DNA from: Candidatus Methylomirabilia bacterium
GTDB lineage: Bacteria; Methylomirabilota; Methylomirabilia; Rokubacteriales; CSP1-6
Direction of reading: 5' to 3'
NCBI GenBank assembly: GCA_041496385.1
Contig: JBGQEL010000021.1
Location: 1-55,210 of the forward strand
DNA length: 55,210 nt
This document shows positions 40,979-52,470 of the stretch, piece after piece. The notes below the pieces were generated by a model, which was not told where the DNA came from, did no database searches, and worked only from the letters and a program-made list of their open reading frames with translations. Positions within the stretch are counted from its first letter, which is position 1; the number at the start of each line of letters is the position of its first letter. A program made the position numbers and the translations under genes.

Positions 40979-42291
40979 TCAGAGTGCTGGACGCCCGCGT
41001 GCTGGGGGTCGACGCCGTCGTCCGTATGCTCGAGCGCTCGCCGGAGGCGGTGGCGCCGGAGATCCATCGCGCCGTGGAGGAGATCCTCGCGGCGGTGCGC
41101 GCGCGGGGGGACGAGGCCCTGCTCGAGTACACCGCGCGCTTCGACGATTTCGACGCGCCTTCGGCGCCCGCGCTCGCGATCGGGGCCGCCGAGTTCGGCG
41201 CGGCCGAGCGCGCGCTGCCCCCCGAGGTCCGCGGGGCGCTCGAATACGCCGCGGAGCGGATCGAGCGCTACCACGCCGCCGCGGCGCCGAAGTCGTGGCG
41301 CATGACCGACGAGCACGGCTCGGTCCTGGGCCAGGAGGTTCGTCCGCTCGAGCGCGTGGGCGTCTACATCCCGGGCGGACGCGCCGCCTACCCGTCCACG
41401 GTGCTGATGACGGCCATTCCCGCCCGTGTCGCGGGAGTACGCGAGATCGTCCTCGCGACGCCACCCGGGCCGGCCGGTCGCGTCGAGCCGGCGGTGCTCG
41501 CGGCGGCCAGGATCGCGGGCGTGACCGAGGGCTGGCGCGTCGGGGGCGCCCAGGCGATCGGCGCGCTCGCGTACGGGACCGCGACGATCCGGCGGGTGGA
41601 CAAGATCGTTGGCCCGGGCAATATCTACGTCGCCCTTGCCAAGACCCGGGTCTTCGGCGAGGTCGGCATCGACATGGTGGCCGGCCCGAGCGAGGTCGTC
41701 GTTGTCGCCGACGGCGCCGCCGACCCGGACTGGGCCGCGGCCGACCTGCTCGCGCAAGCGGAGCACGATCCCATGGCGCGGGCGCTGCTCATCACCGACG
41801 CGGACGCGCTGCTCCCGCGCGTCGCCGCGGCGCTCGAACGCCGGCTCGCGGCGCTCCCGCGCCGGGAGATCGCGGCGCAGGCGCTGGCGGCGCACGGCGC
41901 CCTCATCCGTGTCGCGACCCTCGACCAGGCGGTGGATCTCGCGAACCGCCTGGCGCCCGAACATCTCGAGCTGATGGTCGAGGCGCCCGCGGCTCTGCTG
42001 CCACGCGTCCGGCACGCCGGCGCCGTCTTCGCGGGAGGCCACACGCCGGAGGTCGTCGGCGACTACGTGGCGGGGCCGAGCCACGTGCTGCCGACGGCGG
42101 GCACGGCCCGATTCGCGTCACCGCTCGGGATCGAGGACTTCGTCAAACGGTCGAGCGTCATCGAGTACTCGGCGCGTGGACTCGCGGCGGCGGCGCCGCA
42201 CCTCGCGGCCCTGACGCGCGTCGAGGGGCTCGTCGGCCATGGGCGCGCCGCGGAGGCGCGACTCACGAAGGAGAGGGGGACCAGCGCATGA
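40975..42291 (+). CDS. hisD: histidinol dehydrogenase
   Basis: YIPGGRAAYPST, KIVGPGN, DMVAGPSE, QAEHD, APEHLE and GDYVAGPSHVLPT motifs. Confidence 0.98.
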   Translation: MIRVLDARVLGVDAVVRMLERSPEAVAPEIHRAVEEILAAVRARGDEALLEYTARFDDFDAPSAPALAIGAAEFGAAERALPPEVRGALEYAAERIERYHAAAAPKSWRMTDEHGSVLGQEVRPLERVGVYIPGGRAAYPSTVLMTAIPARVAGVREIVLATPPGPAGRVEPAVLAAARIAGVTEGWRVGGAQAIGALAYGTATIRRVDKIVGPGNIYVALAKTRVFGEVGIDMVAGPSEVVVVADGAADPDWAAADLLAQAEHDPMARALLITDADALLPRVAAALERRLAALPRREIAAQALAAHGALIRVATLDQAVDLANRLAPEHLELMVEAPAALLPRVRHAGAVFAGGHTPEVVGDYVAGPSHVLPTAGTARFASPLGIEDFVKRSSVIEYSARGLAAAAPHLAALTRVEGLVGHGRAAEARLTKERGTSA

Positions 42292-42893
42292 GCCCGGAGA
42301 GCGAGGCCCGCCAGGCGCGCGTCGAGCGCAAGACGAAGGAGACCGAGATCGTGCTCCAGCTGAACCTCGACGGTACCGGCGCCGCGAAGGTGCGCACGCC
42401 GATCCCGTTCTTCAGCCACATGCTGGAGGCCTGGTCGAAGCACGGCCTGGTGGATCTCGTCGTCGATGCGCAGGGGGATATCGAGGTGGACCAGCACCAC
42501 ACCGTCGAGGACGTCGGCATCGTGCTCGGCCAGGCGTTGCGCCAGGCTCTCGGCGACAAGCGCGGGATCGTGCGCTTCGGCACCGTGTTCGTGCCCATGG
42601 ACGAGACCCTGGTGTCCGCGTCCGTGGACGTGTCCGGGCGGCCGTTTCTCGTCTTCCAGGTCCCGGTCGCGCGCACGCGCGTCTCGAACTTCGACCTCGA
42701 CCTGCTGCAGGAGTTCTTCCGAGCCTTCGCGTTCAACGCGGAGATCACCCTCCACGTCACCATGCACTACGGTCACAACCTCCATCACATCACCGAGGCG
42801 GTCTTCAAGGCCGTCGGTCGCGCGCTCGCCGACGCGACGCGGATCAACCCGCGCATCGCCGGCATCCTGCCCACGACCAAGGGCGCGTTGTGA
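42288..42893 (+). CDS. hisB: imidazoleglycerol-phosphate dehydratase (monofunctional)
   Basis: RKTKET, DQHHTVED, PMDE, NLHHITEAVFKA and PTTKG motifs. Confidence 0.97.
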   Translation: MSPESEARQARVERKTKETEIVLQLNLDGTGAAKVRTPIPFFSHMLEAWSKHGLVDLVVDAQGDIEVDQHHTVEDVGIVLGQALRQALGDKRGIVRFGTVFVPMDETLVSASVDVSGRPFLVFQVPVARTRVSNFDLDLLQEFFRAFAFNAEITLHVTMHYGHNLHHITEAVFKAVGRALADATRINPRIAGILPTTKGAL

Positions 42894-43522
42894 TCGCGAT
42901 CGTCGACTACGGACGCGGCAACCTCGGCTCCGTCGAGAAGGCCTTCGTGCGCGTCGGCGTGCCCGCCGTGGTCACCCAGGATCCCCGCGCGGTGGACGAG
43001 GCGGAGGCCGTCGTGCTGCCCGGCGACGGCGCGTTCCACGACGCGATGGCCAATCTGGGTCGGCTCGGGCTGCTGCCCTCGCTCCGGCGCGCGCTCGACG
43101 GGACGCGACCATTCCTCGGGATCTGCCTCGGCTACCAGCTTCTCTTCTCGACGAGCGAGGAGTTCGGCGAGGGCCGCGGGCTCGACGTGATCCCGGGCGC
43201 GGTCCGGCGCTTCCCTCCCGGCGAGAAGGTCCCCCACATGGGGTGGAACCGCGTCGAGCACGCGGGTGACCAGCGGCTCTTCGAGCACGTTCCCTCGGGC
43301 GCGCACTTCTACTTCGTGCACTCGTACTACCCGGTGATCCGGGAGGGCGCCGAGCTGCGCGTGGCGTGGTGCGACTACGGCATCCGGTTCGCCGCGGCGA
43401 TCGAGCGCGGGAACCTCTACGCGACGCAGTTCCACCCGGAGAAGAGCCAGCGGTCGGGACTGCGCCTCCTGGAGAATTTTGCCGCGGTCGTCAAGTCCAG
43501 TCGAGGGAGCGCCGCGCGATGA
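42890..43522 (+). CDS. hisH: imidazole glycerol phosphate synthase, glutaminase subunit
   Basis: [24 protein letters not shown] and QFHPEKS motifs. Confidence 0.97.
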   Translation: MIAIVDYGRGNLGSVEKAFVRVGVPAVVTQDPRAVDEAEAVVLPGDGAFHDAMANLGRLGLLPSLRRALDGTRPFLGICLGYQLLFSTSEEFGEGRGLDVIPGAVRRFPPGEKVPHMGWNRVEHAGDQRLFEHVPSGAHFYFVHSYYPVIREGAELRVAWCDYGIRFAAAIERGNLYATQFHPEKSQRSGLRLLENFAAVVKSSRGSAAR

Positions 43523-44295
43523 TCGTCATTCCCGCCGTCGATCTCCGCGGAGGCCGGGCGGTGCGGCTCCGCGAGGGACGGGCGGACGCCGAGACCGTCT
43601 TCTCGGACGATCCGGTCGCGATGGCGACGCGCTGGGCCGTCGCTGGCGCGGCGCGCCTCCACGTTGTGGATCTCGACGGCGCCTTCGCGGGCGCGCCGCG
43701 CCAGGCGCCGCTCATCGCGAAGATCGTCGCGGCGGTCGCGCCCGTGCCCGTGGAGGCCGGCGGCGGGCTGCGGACGCTCGAGGCCATCGACGCCGTGCTC
43801 GAGGCCGGTGCGCGCTGGGCGGTCCTCGGCACGCGCGCGGTGCTGGACCGCGAGTTCCTCGGCGAGGCGTGCCGCGCGCACGGCGAACGAATCATCGTCG
43901 CCGTCGATGCGCGCGGCTCACGCGTGGCCGTCAAGGGCTGGACCGAGGTCGCCGACGAGACCGTCGTGGACGTCGCGCGGCGGGCGCTCGACGCCGGCGC
44001 GGGGGCGCTCCTCTACACGGACGTGAGTCGCGACGGCACCGGGGTGGGCCCGAACGTCGAGGACACCGCCGCGCTCGCCCGTGCCGTGGCGCTGCCCGTT
44101 ATCGCCTCGGGCGGCGTGGCGCGGCTCGACGACCTCAGGCGGCTCGCGGCGGTGCCCGGCGTGGCGGGTTGCGTCGTCGGCCGCGCGCTCTACACCGGCG
44201 CCATCGACCTGGCCGAGGCGCTGCGGGATCTCGCGTCCGCGGCCGTGGCGGGCCACCCGCGGTCCGAGACGGATTCGCGGCCCACGCGGCGATAA
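43519..44295 (+). CDS. hisA: ProFAR isomerase with a ~20-aa repeat-derived C-terminal extension
   Basis: [33 protein letters not shown] and GRALY motifs. Confidence 0.96.
   Translation: MIVIPAVDLRGGRAVRLREGRADAETVFSDDPVAMATRWAVAGAARLHVVDLDGAFAGAPRQAPLIAKIVAAVAPVPVEAGGGLRTLEAIDAVLEAGARWAVLGTRAVLDREFLGEACRAHGERIIVAVDARGSRVAVKGWTEVADETVVDVARRALDAGAGALLYTDVSRDGTGVGPNVEDTAALARAVALPVIASGGVARLDDLRRLAAVPGVAGCVVGRALYTGAIDLAEALRDLASAAVAGHPRSETDSRPTRR
44238..44287 (+). repeat. degenerate copy of the dispersed junction repeat inside the hisA 3' end
   Basis: 34/50 ungapped identity to the reverse complement of 37071-37120; three of the mismatching positions match the glpK-junction copy instead. Confidence 0.6.
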
Positions 44296-45071
44296 TGCTG
44301 GCGAAGCGGATCATCCCCTGCCTCGACGTCAAGGACGGGCGTGTCGTCAAGGGCGTGCGCTTCGTCGACCTGCGCGACGCCGGTGACCCCGTCGAGGCGG
44401 CGCGCGCCTACGATGCGCAGGGCGCGGACGAGCTGGTCTTCCTCGACATCACGGCGTCCCACGAGGCCCGCGCGATCATGCTCGACGTCGTGCGCCGGAC
44501 CGCGGAGGGGATCTACATGCCGCTGACCGTCGGCGGCGGCGTTCGATCGATCGACGACGTCCGGTTGCTGCTTCGCGCGGGCGCCGACAAGGTGTCGCTC
44601 AACACGGCCGCGCTCGAGCGGCCCACGGTGATCCGCGAGGCGGCGGAGCGCTTCGGCAGCCAGTGCATCGTCGTCGCCATCGATGCGCGCCGCGAGGCCG
44701 GCGGCGGGGAGATCGTCCGATGGGGCGTCTACACGCACGGCGGCCGGCGGCCGACCGGGCGTGACGCGCTGGCGTGGGCGCGGGAGGCGGTCGCACTGGG
44801 AGCGGGCGAGCTCCTCCTGACGAGCATGGACCGCGACGGGACCAAGGACGGCTACGATCTGGAGCTGACGCGCTCCGTCTCCGAGGCGGTGTCGGTTCCG
44901 GTGATCGCGTCGGGCGGGGCGGGCTCGCTCCCGCATCTCTACGAGGGACTCGTCGAGGGGCGTGCCGACGCGGTCCTGGCGGCCTCCATCTTCCACTTCG
45001 GCATCCACACGATCGCGGAGGCGAAGGCATATCTGCGCGAGCGTGGCGTGCCCGTTCGGAGCGAGCCGTGA
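44295..45071 (+). CDS. hisF: imidazole glycerol phosphate synthase, cyclase subunit
   Basis: [33 protein letters not shown] and LAASIFHF motifs; TAATG overlap with hisA. Confidence 0.98.
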   Translation: MLAKRIIPCLDVKDGRVVKGVRFVDLRDAGDPVEAARAYDAQGADELVFLDITASHEARAIMLDVVRRTAEGIYMPLTVGGGVRSIDDVRLLLRAGADKVSLNTAALERPTVIREAAERFGSQCIVVAIDARREAGGGEIVRWGVYTHGGRRPTGRDALAWAREAVALGAGELLLTSMDRDGTKDGYDLELTRSVSEAVSVPVIASGGAGSLPHLYEGLVEGRADAVLAASIFHFGIHTIAEAKAYLRERGVPVRSEP

Positions 45072-45718
45072 CGCCGGGCGAGCTCACGTTCGACGCCCAG
45101 GGACTCCTCCCGGCCGTGGTGCAGGAGGCGGACTCGGGCGAGGTCCTGATGGTCGCGTGGATGGACCGCGCGGCGGTCGAGAGCACGCTCGCGAGCGGGG
45201 TGACGCACTTCTGGTCCCGCTCACGCGGCGTGCCGTGGCGCAAAGGGGAGACGTCCGGTCACACACAGCACGTGGAGGCCGTCTACGCCGACTGCGACGC
45301 CGACGTGCTGCTCGTCCAGGTGCACCAGGAGGGCGTCGCCTGCCACACGGGGCAGCGGACGTGCTTCTTCAACGCGCTGCGCGCGGACGCGGCCACCGGC
45401 GGGCCCGTCGCGCCGGCGAACATGCTGGAGCGCCTGGAGCGCACGATCGCGGCGCGGAAGTCGAATCCACCCGGCGGTTCCTACGTGGCGACGCTGCTCG
45501 CGGCGGGCCAGCGCGAGATCTGCCGCAAGATCGGCGAGGAGGCGACGGAGGTGATCACCGCGGCGCTCGGGGGTGAGGGCGACCGGCGCGTCGTCGAGGA
45601 GACGGCGGATCTCTTCTTTCACACGCTCGTCCTGCTCGGCGCGCGCGGTATCACGCTTCGCGAGGTGGTGGAGGAGCTCGCGCGGCGCCACGCGCGGCGC
45701 GCCACGCCGGATCGCTGA
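45068..45718 (+). CDS. hisIE: bifunctional phosphoribosyl-AMP cyclohydrolase / phosphoribosyl-ATP pyrophosphatase
   Basis: [13 protein letters not shown] and ACHTG..TCF motifs, followed by KIGEEATE and ETADLFFH. Confidence 0.96.
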   Translation: MTPGELTFDAQGLLPAVVQEADSGEVLMVAWMDRAAVESTLASGVTHFWSRSRGVPWRKGETSGHTQHVEAVYADCDADVLLVQVHQEGVACHTGQRTCFFNALRADAATGGPVAPANMLERLERTIAARKSNPPGGSYVATLLAAGQREICRKIGEEATEVITAALGGEGDRRVVEETADLFFHTLVLLGARGITLREVVEELARRHARRATPDR

Positions 45719-45725
45719 GCCCGTC

Positions 45726-46238
45726 GTGGACGCCCGCGGACTCGTCGCCCTCGTGGCCGGCACCGCCGCCGCGTGTGCCCTCGCGGGCTGCGCGGGCGGT
45801 CGCATCGAGAGCGGTGTCTTTCACTCACCGAAGGGGTATCGCGTGACGCTTCCGGGACCGGAGTGGACCGTTGCAGCGGGCGGGCGGGCGGATCTCGAGC
45901 TGAGGCACCGCGAGGGGGCGGCCGGGATCCTCGCCAACGCCTCGTGCGGGAACGGCGCGGCCAGGCCGAGCCTCGACGCGCTGACGCGTCATCTGCTCTT
46001 GGGCTTCCGGGGCCGCGTCACCCTCGAGCGCGAAGACGAGGACGTCAGTGACCGGCGCGCCGCGCACACGGTCGTCGACGGCCGCCTCGGACCCGGTGAC
46101 GCCCCGGTGCGCGTCGAGACGTACGTGCTCAAGGACGCGCGGTGCGTCTACGATTTTGCGTACGTCGCACCGCCTGGGACGTTCGAGACCTGGCGACCCG
46201 GCTTCCGGCGGCTCGTCGAGAGCTTCGCCAGCGAGTAA
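45726..46238 (+). CDS. hypothetical lipoprotein (possibly PsbP/DcrB-like fold)
   Basis: Lipobox ALAGC, GYRVTLPGPEW and C-terminal CVYDFAYVAP...F...VESF; GC3-rich frame; start uncertain. Confidence 0.7.
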   Translation: MDARGLVALVAGTAAACALAGCAGGRIESGVFHSPKGYRVTLPGPEWTVAAGGRADLELRHREGAAGILANASCGNGAARPSLDALTRHLLLGFRGRVTLEREDEDVSDRRAAHTVVDGRLGPGDAPVRVETYVLKDARCVYDFAYVAPPGTFETWRPGFRRLVESFASE

Positions 46239-46244
46239 CCCGGC

Positions 46245-47006
46245 ATGGAGACCTATCTCAGACGCACGGTCGTCTGGTACGGGGGTGTCGGCCTGCTCAC
46301 GGGGCACGTGCTCAGGAGCCTCGCGCTGCCGCCCAAGTATTTCCGCCTCGTCGTGCGCGAGGTGGAGGTGATGGGCGTCCAGTCGCTCGGTGTGGCGCTG
46401 ACCGCCGCGATCTTTACCGGCATGGTCTTCACGCTCCAGAGCGCCGTGAACATGGCGCGCTTCGGGGCCGAGAGCTACGTCGGCCCCGTCGCGGCGCTCG
46501 CCATCCTGCGTGAGCTCGGTCCGGTGCTGACGGCGATCCTCGTCGGCGGCAAGGTCGCCTCGGGCATCACCGCGGAGCTCGGCTCGATGAAGGTCACCGA
46601 GCAGATCGACGCCCTCCGGACCCTCGGCGTGAACCACGTCAAGCGGCTCGTCGTGCCACGCGTGCTCGCGTCGCTGGTCGTCTTTCCGCTCCTCACCGTG
46701 CTCTCCGACGCGGTCGGCGTCCTCGGGGGCATGGCGATCATGTACCTCGAACGGGGCGCCGACATGTGGGCGTACTGGAACACGACGACCTACTGGGTCG
46801 TGCCGAAGGACTTCCTGACGGGCGTGGGCAAGGCGGTCTTCTTCGGCGCCGTGGTCACGCTGATCGGATGCTACAACGGACTCAGCACCGAAGGGGGGAC
46901 GGAGGGCCTCGGGCGCGCCACGACGGCGACCGTCGTCCACGTGACGATGGGCGTGATCGTGTCGGACTTCTTCCTGACCAAGCTGTTTCTCACGCTGTTC
47001 TACTGA
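46245..47006 (+). CDS. mlaE: MlaE-family lipid ABC transporter permease
   Basis: RELGPVLTA, AELGSMKVTEQIDAL, LVVPR and GGTEGLGRATT motifs. Confidence 0.93.
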   Translation: METYLRRTVVWYGGVGLLTGHVLRSLALPPKYFRLVVREVEVMGVQSLGVALTAAIFTGMVFTLQSAVNMARFGAESYVGPVAALAILRELGPVLTAILVGGKVASGITAELGSMKVTEQIDALRTLGVNHVKRLVVPRVLASLVVFPLLTVLSDAVGVLGGMAIMYLERGADMWAYWNTTTYWVVPKDFLTGVGKAVFFGAVVTLIGCYNGLSTEGGTEGLGRATTATVVHVTMGVIVSDFFLTKLFLTLFY

Positions 47007-47013
47007 GGCGGGC

Positions 47014-47757
47014 ATGGCGGATCCGGTCGTCGAGCTGCAGGGTGTGCGCAAGAGCTTCGACACGATCGATGTGCTCCGCGGCGTGTCGTTCGCGCTGGCG
47101 AAGGGTGAGACGCTCGTGGTGATGGGGGGCAGCGGCTCGGGCAAGACGGTGCTGCTCCGGCTGATCGCGGGCCTGATCCGTCCGGACGCTGGACAGATCC
47201 GGCTCTTCGGCCGGAGCATCGAGCGGCTCCGCGAGGAGGAGCTCCTCCCGGTCCGCCGGCGGATGGGCTATGTCTTCCAGGGCGCGGCGCTCTTCGACTC
47301 GCTCTCGGTCTACGAAAACGTAGCCTACCCGTTGCGTGAGCACACGAGCCTGCGGGAGGGCGAGATCGAGGCACGCGTCGTGCGGAACCTCGGGCTCGTC
47401 GGCCTCGGTCGCGAGGTCCTCCGGCTGCTGCCCTCGGAGCTGTCCGGCGGGATGAAGAAGCGCGCCGGGATCGCGCGCGCGCTCTCGGCGTCTCCCGAGC
47501 TGCTTCTCTTCGACGAGCCCACGGCCGGCCTCGATCCCACGAACTCGAAGCTCGTGGCCGAGCTGATCCAGGCGCTGCACGGCGGTGTCTGCGACACGGC
47601 GATCGTGGTCACCCACGACCTCGAGCTGGCGAAGACGGTCGGGGACCGTGTCGCGGTCCTCATCGACGGGCGGTTCGCGGCGATCGGGCCTGTCGCGGAG
47701 ATCCTCGAGACCGACAACGCGGCGGTCCAGGCGTTCCTGGCCGGAGAGGCGCGGTGA
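47014..47757 (+). CDS. mlaF: MlaF-family ABC ATPase
   Basis: GGSGSGKT, FQGAALFDSLSV, LSGGMKKR and DEPTAGLDP motifs. Confidence 0.93.
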   Translation: MADPVVELQGVRKSFDTIDVLRGVSFALAKGETLVVMGGSGSGKTVLLRLIAGLIRPDAGQIRLFGRSIERLREEELLPVRRRMGYVFQGAALFDSLSVYENVAYPLREHTSLREGEIEARVVRNLGLVGLGREVLRLLPSELSGGMKKRAGIARALSASPELLLFDEPTAGLDPTNSKLVAELIQALHGGVCDTAIVVTHDLELAKTVGDRVAVLIDGRFAAIGPVAEILETDNAAVQAFLAGEAR

Positions 47758-47761
47758 GCCC

Positions 47762-48933
47762 GTGAACGACGAGCGGCGCGAGCTCGGCCTCAAATTCCGC
47801 GTCGGTGTCTTCGTCCTCGTGGCGCTCGCCGTCTTCCTCGGCACGATCTACGCCCTCGGCGCGCGGGCACGGCTGTTCGAGTCGCGCTACGTGATCCACG
47901 CCGACTTCACGGAGGTGGGCGGACTCACCGAGGGCGCGACCGTCCGGCTGGCCGGGGTACAGATCGGGCGTGTCAGCAGCGTGCTCCTGCCGGGCGCGCC
48001 CGGCGGCAAGGTGCGGGTGGACCTCGACATCGCCCGCCGTTACGCCGACCGGATCCGGAAGGATTCGCTGGCGCGGATCGAGACGCAGGGGCTCCTCGGC
48101 GACAAGGTCGTCGAGATCACCGTCGGAACCGCGGCGGCGCCGGCGCTCAAGACGGGCGAGGTTCTTGCGGCACGCGACCCGACCGACCTCGGCCGCGTGA
48201 TCAGCGAGAGCGCGGGCACCGCGAGGGACATTGGTGAGCTCGTGGCCGCGCTCAAGAAGTCCGCCGAGACGCTGAACCGGTCGAGGCTGATCGAGAACAC
48301 GTCAGAGACCGTGGACCGGATCAACCGCGTCGTGGACCAGGTCGAGCACGGTCGCGGCTGGGCCCACACGCTCCTCTACGAGGAGCCGGTCGCGCTCCGC
48401 AAGCTCAACGAGGCCATCGTGACGACCCAGGCCCTGCTCGACAGGATCGACCGGGGCCAGGGCGCCGCCGGTGTCCTCGTGTCGGAGGACGGCACCGCGG
48501 CCGCCAGGCGCTTCGTCGCGGCCATGGACCGGCTCGCGCGTATGGTCGAGAAGCCGGAGGGCGAGGAGGGGCTGCTGCCGGGCCTGCTCTTCGACCCGAA
48601 ATACAAGGGCACGCTCGAGGATCTCCGTGCGACCGCGCGCAACTTCCGGGAAATCTCCGATCGGGTCGCGGGCGGCCGTGGCGCCCTCGGCGCCCTCGTG
48701 GGCGACACGGACGAGGATGGTCTCCGGAGCGTGGTCCAGGACCTGAAGGCCGCCGTCCAGAACCTCCGGTCGGTCAGCGCGAAGATCGACGCGGGCGAGG
48801 GGACGATCGGCGCCCTCGTGGCCGACCCGACGGTCTACGAGCGCCTCGTCACGATTCTCGAGGGCGCCCAGCGGTCGTTCCTGCTGCGCTCGCTCATCCG
48901 GAGCCTCGGCGAGGGCGGGGCCGAGCCCAGGCG

Positions 48934-48937
<4 letters not shown>
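47762..48937 (+). CDS. mlaD: MCE/MlaD-family protein with long helical repeat tail
   Basis: N-terminal TM segment; GLTEGATVRLAGVQIGRV and IETQGLLGDKVVEI MCE motifs. Confidence 0.9.
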
Positions 48938-50304
<1,367 letters not shown>

Positions 50305-50316
50305 GCGCATGACGGG

Positions 50317-51324
50317 ATGGGCATCATGATCAGGAACGTCGTCCGGGTGTTGGTGCTGGTCGGCTCGACCCTCGCGGGGGTGTTCGCCGCGCGCGCGCTC
50401 GAGGCGCCGGCCGCCGGCGGCGCCGTGGCGGGCGGGCTCGTCGGCGTGGTCGCCGTCCTCCTCGAGCTCGGCGCCGCGTCGCTCGCGATCGAGCGACTCT
50501 TCTGGGGTGCCGCGGGAGGCATCGCCGGCCTCGTCGGTGGGATCGCCCTTGGCGTCACCGCGGCGGGGCTCGTGCCGTCCGGCGCAGCAGGGATCACGGT
50601 CGCGCTCGGCGTGGGTCTCGGCGCGTACGTCGGCGTGACAGCGGCGCTCGCGCGCCTCGCCGATCTCAGCGCGCTCTCCCGACGGCTCTTCCCCGGGGCG
50701 GACCGCCGCCGACTCGACAAGGTGCTCGACACCTCGGCGATCATCGACGGTCGAATCGCGGACGTGTGCGAGACGGGCCTCCTCGATGGCACGCTCGTCG
50801 TGCCAGGCTTCGTGCTCGGCGAGCTCCAGCGGCTCGCCGACTCGACGGACGGTCTCAGGCGCAATCGCGGCAAGCGCGGGTTCGACGTGCTGCAGCGCCT
50901 CCAGCGGTCGGCGAAGGTCGCGATCGAGATCGACGAGCGCGGCGCCAGCGAGCCCGAGGTGGACGCCAAGCTGATCGCGCTCGCCCGCGCGCGCGGCGCG
51001 CGTCTGGTCACCACCGACTACAATCTGAACAAGCTGGCGGAGCTCCGCGGCGTCCCGGTGCTGAACATCAACGAGCTGGCGAACGCGCTCAAGGCGGTCG
51101 CCCTACCAGGGGAGGCGATGACGGTCCAGGTGCTCCGCGAGGGGAAGGAGCCGGGACAGGGCGTGGCCTATCTGGACGACGGCACGATGGTCGTGATCGA
51201 GCAGGGCAAGCGCTACATCGGGCAGCCGCTCGACGTCGTGGTCACGAGCGTCCTCCAGACACCGGCCGGCCGGATGGTCTTCACCCGGTCGCGCGAGGAA
51301 GCGTCGGTCGCGCACGATGACTAG
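50317..51324 (+). CDS. membrane PIN/TRAM domain protein (YacL-like)
   Basis: KVLDTSAIIDGRI, TTDYNLNK and QGVAYLDDGTMVV motifs; conserved radA-yacL-ispD context. Confidence 0.93.
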   Translation: MGIMIRNVVRVLVLVGSTLAGVFAARALEAPAAGGAVAGGLVGVVAVLLELGAASLAIERLFWGAAGGIAGLVGGIALGVTAAGLVPSGAAGITVALGVGLGAYVGVTAALARLADLSALSRRLFPGADRRRLDKVLDTSAIIDGRIADVCETGLLDGTLVVPGFVLGELQRLADSTDGLRRNRGKRGFDVLQRLQRSAKVAIEIDERGASEPEVDAKLIALARARGARLVTTDYNLNKLAELRGVPVLNINELANALKAVALPGEAMTVQVLREGKEPGQGVAYLDDGTMVVIEQGKRYIGQPLDVVVTSVLQTPAGRMVFTRSREEASVAHDD

Positions 51325-51997
51325 TCTCGTGGTCGTCATTCCCGCCGGGGGCGTCGGCACGCGTTTCGGTGGCGGCACACCCAAGCAGTTCCTGCGCTTC
51401 GGCGTGATGCCGATCCTCGCGGCGACCGTCCGACACTTCACGGCGCACCCGGCGGTGGGCGCGATCGTCGTCGCGGCTCCCGAGGCCTACGTCGACCGCA
51501 CCCGCCGCATCCTCGGGCCCGTGGCGCGCCGCACATCCCTGACCGTCGTCCCCGGAGGCCCCACCCGGCAGGACTCGGTCTGGCTCGCGCTCCAGGTCGT
51601 GCCGCCAGACGCGCACCTCGTGGCCGTTCACGACGGAGTCCGGCCGCTCATCACACGCCGGCTGATCGATGCCGTCGTCGCGGCCGCCGAGGCGTCGGGC
51701 GCCGCGGTCTGTGCCTTGCCCGTGACCGAAACCGTCAAGCGTGTGCGAAGCGGTGTGGTCGAGGCGACGCTCGACCGTGCGGATCTCTGGGTGGTGCAGA
51801 CGCCACAGGTCTTCCGCGCCGACGTGCTCCGCGAGGCACACGAGAAGGCACGGCGCGACGGTGTCGTCGGCACGGACGACGCGATGCTCGTCGAACGGCT
51901 CGGCCAGCCGGTGCGCGTCGTGCCCGGCCTTCCGGAGAACGTCAAGATCACCACGCCCGAGGATCTCCGTCGGGCGCGGCGCGCGGCACGCCGATGA
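51317..51997 (+). CDS. ispD: 2-C-methyl-D-erythritol 4-phosphate cytidylyltransferase
   Basis: PAGGVGTRF, PKQF, RQDSV, HDGVRP, QTPQVF, TDD and NVKITTPEDL motifs. Confidence 0.97.
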   Translation: MTSLVVVIPAGGVGTRFGGGTPKQFLRFGVMPILAATVRHFTAHPAVGAIVVAAPEAYVDRTRRILGPVARRTSLTVVPGGPTRQDSVWLALQVVPPDAHLVAVHDGVRPLITRRLIDAVVAAAEASGAAVCALPVTETVKRVRSGVVEATLDRADLWVVQTPQVFRADVLREAHEKARRDGVVGTDDAMLVERLGQPVRVVPGLPENVKITTPEDLRRARRAARR

Positions 51998-52470
51998 CCC
52001 GCGCGGGCTTCGGCTTCGACCTCCATCCGCTCGTTGCGGACCGGCCCCTGGTTCTCGGGGGCGTGACGGTCGAGAGCGACCGCGGCCTCGGAGGCCATTC
52101 CGACGCCGATGTCCTCTCCCACGCGGTCGCCGAGGCGCTGCTGGGAGCACTTGCGCTCGGCGACCTCGGCCACCACTTCCCCGACACGGATCCGCGCTAC
52201 CGCGGGATCTCGAGCCTCGTGCTGCTGCGGCACGTGGCGGGACTCGTGGCCGAGCGCGGCGGCACCGTCGTCAACGTGGACGCGACGGTGCTCGCCCAGG
52301 CGCCGAGGCTCGCGTCTCACCTGCCCGAGATGGCCAAGCGGCTCGCCGAGACGCTGGGGCTCGCACTCGCCCGGGTCAGCGTGAAGGCCAAGAGTCCCGA
52401 GGGGCTCGGCCTGGTCGGCCGCCGCGAAGGCATCGCGGCGATGGCCGTGGTGAGCGTGGAGGCTCCGTGA
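51994..52470 (+). CDS. ispF: 2-C-methyl-D-erythritol 2,4-cyclodiphosphate synthase
   Basis: GFGFDLH, GHSDADVLSH, GDLGHHFP and NVDAT motifs. Confidence 0.97.
   Translation: MTRAGFGFDLHPLVADRPLVLGGVTVESDRGLGGHSDADVLSHAVAEALLGALALGDLGHHFPDTDPRYRGISSLVLLRHVAGLVAERGGTVVNVDATVLAQAPRLASHLPEMAKRLAETLGLALARVSVKAKSPEGLGLVGRREGIAAMAVVSVEAP

Noticed and set aside
50317..51324. PIN toxin of a toxin-antitoxin or defence system
   Set aside because: It is the membrane-anchored PIN/TRAM YacL-like gene in its conserved radA-ispD context, with no antitoxin.
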